Below are positions 56,921 through 64,000 of a stretch of 64,000 nucleotides of DNA, piece by piece; position 1 is the first letter of the stretch, and the number at the start of each line of letters is the position of its first letter. The translations under genes were made by a program, and so were the position numbers. Location of the stretch: positions 2,046,001-2,110,000 of the forward strand of contig CM022668.1 of the NCBI GenBank assembly GCA_012295275.1, written 5' to 3'. A model generated the notes under the pieces. That model saw nothing but the letters and a program-made list of their open reading frames with translations. It was not told the origin of the DNA and ran no database searches. Origin of the DNA: Chrysomallon squamiferum (Eukaryota; Animalia; Mollusca).

Positions 56921-57260
56921 TTCTAACCCATGGCGATGTTCAAAGTCGGCTTCTTTTGAAAAAAAAAAAATAAATTTAAAAAATGGAAAAGTATCATTTA
57001 CAAATGTCGGTAGATTTTGTCGCCATATTTTCCAATGATCACGTGACAAAGTTTTGCGATCTGTCAGCAGAGTTCGGTTATTTCCGTCAAATGATATTTA
57101 TTAATAAATAACTGGTGGGGAAAACAAAATATTTTTTTCCTATTTTATAAGGAGTTAATACAAATCGGCTTCCGACGTCATTCACGTAACAGACGCACAC
57201 TTTGTGTCTGCGATCGAGTACACAGAAACGTCTGCCTCTTACCAGCTGCACTGTTTTACA
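56921..57260 (-). promoter_or_regulatory. CpG-enriched promoter and probable distal first exon of the PDZ gene
   Basis: YY1-like CGCCATATTT 57021-57030, CCAAT 57032-57036, USF/MiT-type E-box TCACGTGAC 57039-57047, CRE-like CGACGTCA ~57173; |gtaagt donor at 56920 on the minus strand; local rise in CpG. Confidence 0.55.
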
Positions 57261-57686
57261 GTTGTGATTTTAGACTGACAATAAACAGTTTACAAACCAA
57301 ACAGGGTAGCGAGAATCGAGAAATAATCGTATACAAACATAGGAATGAAATTTTTGTTAAATAATTATGGCACGAGTCTGCATAAATTATTTTGCCAAAG
57401 ACGATGATTTATTAGAAAAAGAATATGGTGGATATATAATATATATGCTTTTCTTATATTGCATCGCCTTATTTCGCCTCCACAAAACCTAATTTCTCCC
57501 AAATGGATGGGTATACAGATGAAGTCGTGGTTTCTTTTTTTACTTTTTTCCTATTAATTTTATTTTCAAGGTTTGCGTTTTACTTCGTGATAAAGGGAGA
57601 TCACTCTCACAATAGCGCGAATACTTCGAATTAAAGATTTACCAAAATGTCAGATGACGTCACGCATATTATGATATCATTACAAT

Positions 57687-57689
<3 letters not shown>

Positions 57690-57748
<59 letters not shown>

Positions 57749-57884
57749 CAAAATAAAAAGAAAGCGCAAACTATTTACCACAGGCCATTTCCGTCCATCA
57801 AAAACTTCGACGATTTTCCCTCTTCTATCCCGAACACTGAACCTGTAATAATAATAATAATGAATATGAATATGAATATGAATA

Positions 57885-57982
<98 letters not shown>

Positions 57983-58140
57983 AACATTGTGGTAATAATT
58001 GACATAGAAGTAGTTGTAGTAGCAGCAGCAGTAGTAACAGTAGCAGAAAAAACAGTAGTTGTAGTAGTAATGTAATACTAATACTAATAATACTATTACC
58101 ACTACTTCTTCTACTAATAATAACAATAATAATAAAACAA
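57690..58140. repeat. Compound trinucleotide microsatellite (AAT)n,(TAG)n,(CAG)n
   Basis: Directly visible; explains ORFs 57647-58150. Confidence 0.9.
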
Positions 58141-59164
58141 TTATATACAATTAATAAATAATTACAACAACATTTATTTATTTATTTTATTTTATTTTAT
58201 TTTTATTTATTTTATTTATTTATTTATTTATTGTTTATTTTGTTAGGTTGTTATTGTTTGTTTGTTTATTTATTTTTTTTTTTTTTTTTTTTTTTTTATT
58301 TTTTTATTATTATTTTTTTTTATCAAGTTCAGTTATTTTTAGGTTTGAGTTTGCAGTTATTTTATACCAGTGTTTATGAAGCAAATGAGACAGTTAACAG
58401 ATAACAAACATCAGTTTAACAACAAAAAAGAAGCTGTTGTTTTAACGTGATTAACAAAATATTACAAGAGTTTCTGCCTGGATGTTGTAAAAGTTTAAGA
58501 AGTAAGGAATAACTGAAAACTAAGAGATAACTGAACATCTCTTTCATGTGGTCCGAACAAAAGTTGAACTCATCTAATCACGGAGGAATTTACAACAGAA
58601 CATGTGCAAACATTCAATATTCTAATATGACGATAGTTTGATCCCGAAACACAACTTCCGGTATTTTTGTCGTCGCGTCAAAAGTCTTGTACACGTTGAC
58701 ATAATCAGACTGAGAAACTGCAAGTCAACAAAAGTCATTAATAAAAGAAGAACTTTTCCAAAACAAGTAAATGTTTTGGCCTCTAACACAAATATCTCTC
58801 TGCCAGCGGTTAATCTGCTTAATCCAGGCTTCCAAATATTCTCTGTTGGCATGGAACAAATCTGGGTGTGTCGGAGAAGTTGTTTTGATAAGGCAGCTGA
58901 GTTGACATCAAAGAATCAAACACGAGTGCACTGACTGCGAAATTTAACTCTTGTCTTTACCTTCTCTTTCCTCTTTGTTTTCACTGTGCATTAACTTCAC
59001 TTTTCTTTCCAGTTTCTTTCTCTGAATATCGATCTGTCTCATTTTTTCTCTATCTCTAATTATCTATATATCTATCTATGTCTGTCTGCTGTCTCTCTAC
59101 ATGTCTGTCTTTGTCTTTCCATCTATCTATATCTATCTTTATCTAATCTATCTATCAATCAATG

Positions 59165-59225
<61 letters not shown>

Positions 59226-60251
59226 ACACTTACATACACATACACATGCATATACACACAAACACACAAACATATATACACACGTGTGTCTATCTTTTCC
59301 ATTCTCTCTCTCACTTTTCTCTCAAAATAAAAGAAAACAATTGTAATCTGTTTCAATTACTTACATACATACATACATACAAACACACATACACATACAC
59401 ATACACTTACACATACACATATACATGCATAGATACACATAGATACATTACATACATAGATACACACACACATGCATACACACACATACATACATACATA
59501 CACACACACATACACATATACATAAAAACATAAAAAAAAAAAAAAAAAAAAAATAAAAATGGAAAAAAGAACAGTCAGAAAAAAAATAAAAACCAACATA
59601 CTTTTTCACTTGTGTTATTTTTATCAGTGATTCTAGTTCTGACAAATAAAAGTGTATTGTTGACAGCACATCGATTAAATCTCTCAAAAGCTCAAATGAA
59701 CAACGAAGCCAAACATTTTTTTGTTTGACGAAATAAAATACACTGATATGAGACACGCCTATCGGTCAGATTAAAGTAGATAACAAAACGTGTGAGTTGG
59801 TAACAACGCCTAACATGGGGAAATGTCCCGGGGCACAGTTTTGCAGGTGTACTAAATATTCAACATGTCAGAATATTAAGTCTTTTTGCTTGTAACCGTA
59901 TGCAGCCATTTTGAATGACTGGGTGGGTTTTTTTTTGGGGGGTATACAACGAGAGTTAATTGCTTCTACTCTGTGACGTCAGAAATCGTTTTGTTAACGG
60001 AAGGAATTGTATTGCGGACATAATAGTGAGTGAAAATGAGAAGGGGAGAGACGTAGAAATTTAGTTAAAATAGTTGTAAGTACGTTGAGAAAATGACAGT
60101 TTAATCATTTTCTGTTCAGTTTCAAATTTTAGGAATTTGTTTCAATTTATTTCTTTAAAAAAGTTTAATGAACTGATTCATTCATTCTCATGGGTGGATT
60201 GTATCACCATGATAAAGGTTCATTCATTGTATGATTGAATAATAATAATAA

Positions 60252-60282
<31 letters not shown>

Positions 60283-60289
60283 AATATAT

Positions 60290-60320
<31 letters not shown>

Positions 60321-60758
60321 ATAATATATATATATAAATAAAGATAAACAAAGATAAAATAAAATAAATAATTCATTAGTTCCGACTACAAATAGAAGCA
60401 GTTCTCATCTGTCAGGTTACGTTTTCATGAAATCTGAAACAAACGTGATCACGTCTCGCACACGCACTTCCCTCACCTTGCTTCGCTCACCTGTCATAAC
60501 GAGTGAATTAACGAGGAAACTGGAATAAAACAAAGCATACGAACATCAGTCACAGTTTGTGACATTTCTCAGTTTTGCTAACTACACAGCATGTATATAT
60601 ACTGCAGGATTGTAATTTGACTGTAAATAGCTACAACAGAGACAAACAAATAATGGGAGAGGATACCTTATTAGAAATCGTTTGGAATGGAAATGTTTCG
60701 TGTTAATTTTGGGAACGTAAGGTCATAGCCTGAGAACAGGATCAAAAGTCTAAATACG

Positions 60759-60815
<57 letters not shown>

Positions 60816-61725
60816 AACTAAAAACTAAGTACACACTTTTTTCTCTCAACCAGACCAGGAAGAGAAAAAATAACAAAAAAAACATCGCTGGTAAACTTGC
60901 TTAATGTAAATAGTGAAAATAATACACCATGAAATGTGTTTTTACTGTTTTTATTCCCTTTAAGAAGGACGAAAAAGCACGAAAGACAACGGGAAAAAAC
61001 AAAATAGAAAAAGAAAACTGTATTCAGATTATTTTAATACTTTTTATGACGAAAATGTTTTAAAAAATACGAAACTGATTTGTAAGTGGACAATACGTAG
61101 TTAGTTTATTTTTGAATTAGTCGAAGTGTATTTTTAGCAAAGTGACCAAGAATTTCCACTAGGAATTCCTTTCAGTGCTGAGGTATTTTTTGTTAAATCC
61201 CGCCAAAAAGGTCACGCACTGGTCCCAGCGTGACTAACAGTTGAAACGCGCGAATGTAAGTTAGACAAAGAGCGGATAACTCTAGTAGATGTCCAATATG
61301 AGATTTGTTTCTGTAATATCATCCACGTTCCTGTCGATGTCCGCAATCTCACACGACAGCTCGAACTAAACCCGTTGATAATCGTTTTGTTTGGTTTCAA
61401 CAAATAGACTTGTGTGATTTCCCACAGTTACAAGTTCTACGTGTCCGTCGTTTCACCCGATAAAGGTATTTTCTCACGATCTAACTCACAGTAACGACTT
61501 GGGACATGCGACACTATTCTTGTGTATTTACGTAAAGAAATCAAATAAATTAGTTGTATGTGCTCTGTTACAGTGCGCAAACGACGTTTTCTACAGCTGG
61601 ATAAATGATAAACGTCATTAAACAAAAATTATTGTAGTTAACAGTGTTTAAGTGCTACAGAAATAAAGTTGATGAATCAGAATTATTTAAGTACTGATAT
61701 TAATGAGACGCCTCGGTCATCTCGA

Positions 61726-61959
<234 letters not shown>

Positions 61960-62483
61960 CTGTCTGTCTGTGTGTGTGTATCCCGCTCTCACTTTCTCTC
62001 TTTCTCTCACTTTGTTTACATCTGTCTATAATCTATGTTTATCTATCTATCTATCACAATCTTTCCATCTACCCAATCTAAATAATAATAACATGAAGGA
62101 GTCGTATAATTTTTTATCTCATGAGAAGATATTAAATTTAATAGTTCTGAGAAATATTTATATGAAAATTATGTCGAGCTATACAAAGCATGACGGTTCT
62201 AATCACGATCAAACTTTGTAAATCACCAGTTTTACAGCTTTAGTCAACAGTTCCAGTGTCTACACTCGACTTCGCCCATAAACGCACAGCTGTAAATTAC
62301 GTGTACTGCAACCTGTGAGCACGAACACCGCTGTCTGAGTAGGCGTGATCGAGTGAGCAGAAGAGATAAACTAGAAAGAGAGAAAGAAAGAAAGAAAGAA
62401 AGAAAGAGGTGTAGAAAATGAAATTCTGGTAAATGTCTTGTACATTCGTACATGACTGTGTATGTATGTTGATATTACTGTAT

Positions 62484-62531
<48 letters not shown>

Positions 62532-63040
62532 ATACATAAGTGTATGTGGGTGTATGTAAATGTGTATAGATAAATGAATAAAGATGAAACTAGAAGAAGA
62601 AGAGAAAGGGGGGGTGTTCTATTACAGTAATTATTCACTACGTGCTCAGCAATACTGAACACTATTAACAGACATCTCATTTTCCAACCCAGTGAATAAA
62701 CTCAAAGATCAGTACATTTATCCTGCTTTAGTAGCACAAAGGAGATTTGTAAAGATAAATGTTAATAAATAAGCATTATATACAGTTTTTATTATGTACC
62801 TACTAGGCAGATATAAACTCTGCAGTGTGGGAAAGGTCAGATATATATTATATATACGTTAGCAATCTGTTATTTCACACACTGACAACTAACTTTTAAT
62901 ATTCAGTTTCTTAAAATGATTACAGTCGTTTTAATACTTTCTCTCTCTTTTAATGTATATATTCCTCTCTCTGCATATTTCTCTCTCTCTCCATCATTTT
63001 CTTTCGTCTTCTTTGCACATATTGTCCTCCTCTACCCCAT

Positions 63041-63115
<75 letters not shown>

Positions 63116-63135
63116 ATCTATCTCTCTCTATCTAA

Positions 63136-63166
<31 letters not shown>

Positions 63167-64000
63167 CCTCCCCCCTCCCTCTCTCTGTGGGTGTGTCTGT
63201 GTGTGTGCGTATGCCGTATCCTTATATATGTATAAATATATCTGTATTTGTGTCTGTGTGTACGAGGAAGTTTGAAATGAATAAATCATTAGTCCTGTAG
63301 TAAATTAATTATTCTTCAGAAATTCTCATTTTCCATTGCGTTCTACGTAACACGACATACTCTGTTACGTAATAATTTGATTTCGTGTGTTACGTCACTA
63401 CCGCATTGGTCGAAATGCGACGTATTCTGAGAAAATGATGAATCAAATTCGACATAGCCTGTCAGGTATAGACAAAGACGCACTGTATCACGTGACTGTA
63501 GCAGACTCGAGAAACAAAACAGTCTCTACGAAGTCTTACTTAGCGGTTTTAGGGATCTTATTCATTAATAATTTACTTATTTTATTTAATAACAGTTTAG
63601 TTATTTTATCCATTAGCAATTTAGTTGTTTTAGTTATTTTATTCAATAACAATTTAGTGATTTTTATATAATAGCAATTTAGTTAATTTATTCACAATTT
63701 ATTTTATTTTAGTTAATAACAGTTAAGTGATAATACACATTAACAATTTAGTGACGTTATTTTATACATTAACGATTTATTGACGTCATTTTACTCAATA
63801 TCAATTTACAGACGTTATTTTATTCAATAACAGTTTAGTGACGTTATTCAGCTAGAGGTTAGTGACGCATCTGAATAACAATAACAATTCAGTAATGGCA
63901 TTCACTAGTAGGTTAGTAAGGTTATTTAGCAACGATTTGATATGTTATCATAGTGTTTCGTTTCGTCACTAATTAAATTAGCTATCCAAGATTAATATAT

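Overview
AT-rich, microsatellite-dense animal genomic DNA with TTAGGG-type telomere repeats and GT-AG introns. The NHL-type gene and repeat style suggest a lophotrochozoan such as a mollusc (inference only). From left to right: (1) a three-exon, stop-disrupted 3' fragment of CASD1 on the minus strand (1070-2424); (2) a ~9.4 kb layered satellite built from a conserved 141-147 bp core alternating with short (TTAGGG)n tracts, organised as an A-B-C higher-order repeat and running into a 200-N scaffold gap (~3005-12369); (3) ~10.4 copies of an unrelated CpG-rich ~373 bp satellite packed with inverted repeats (12570-16450); (4) a frameshifted coiled-coil + NHL beta-propeller (TRIM-like) pseudogene on the plus strand (19099-20459); (5) a large, apparently intact minus-strand gene (~1035 aa model: ubiquitin-like N-terminus, long disordered region, atypical PDZ domain, coiled coil) with core exons at 23843-29097 and several candidate alternative first exons out to a promoter near 57030. 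Introns are full of mini- and microsatellites, and nearly all other ORFs in the track are repeat artefacts. No rRNA, tRNA, CRISPR or intact transposon was recognised. All calls were made by eye without database searches.
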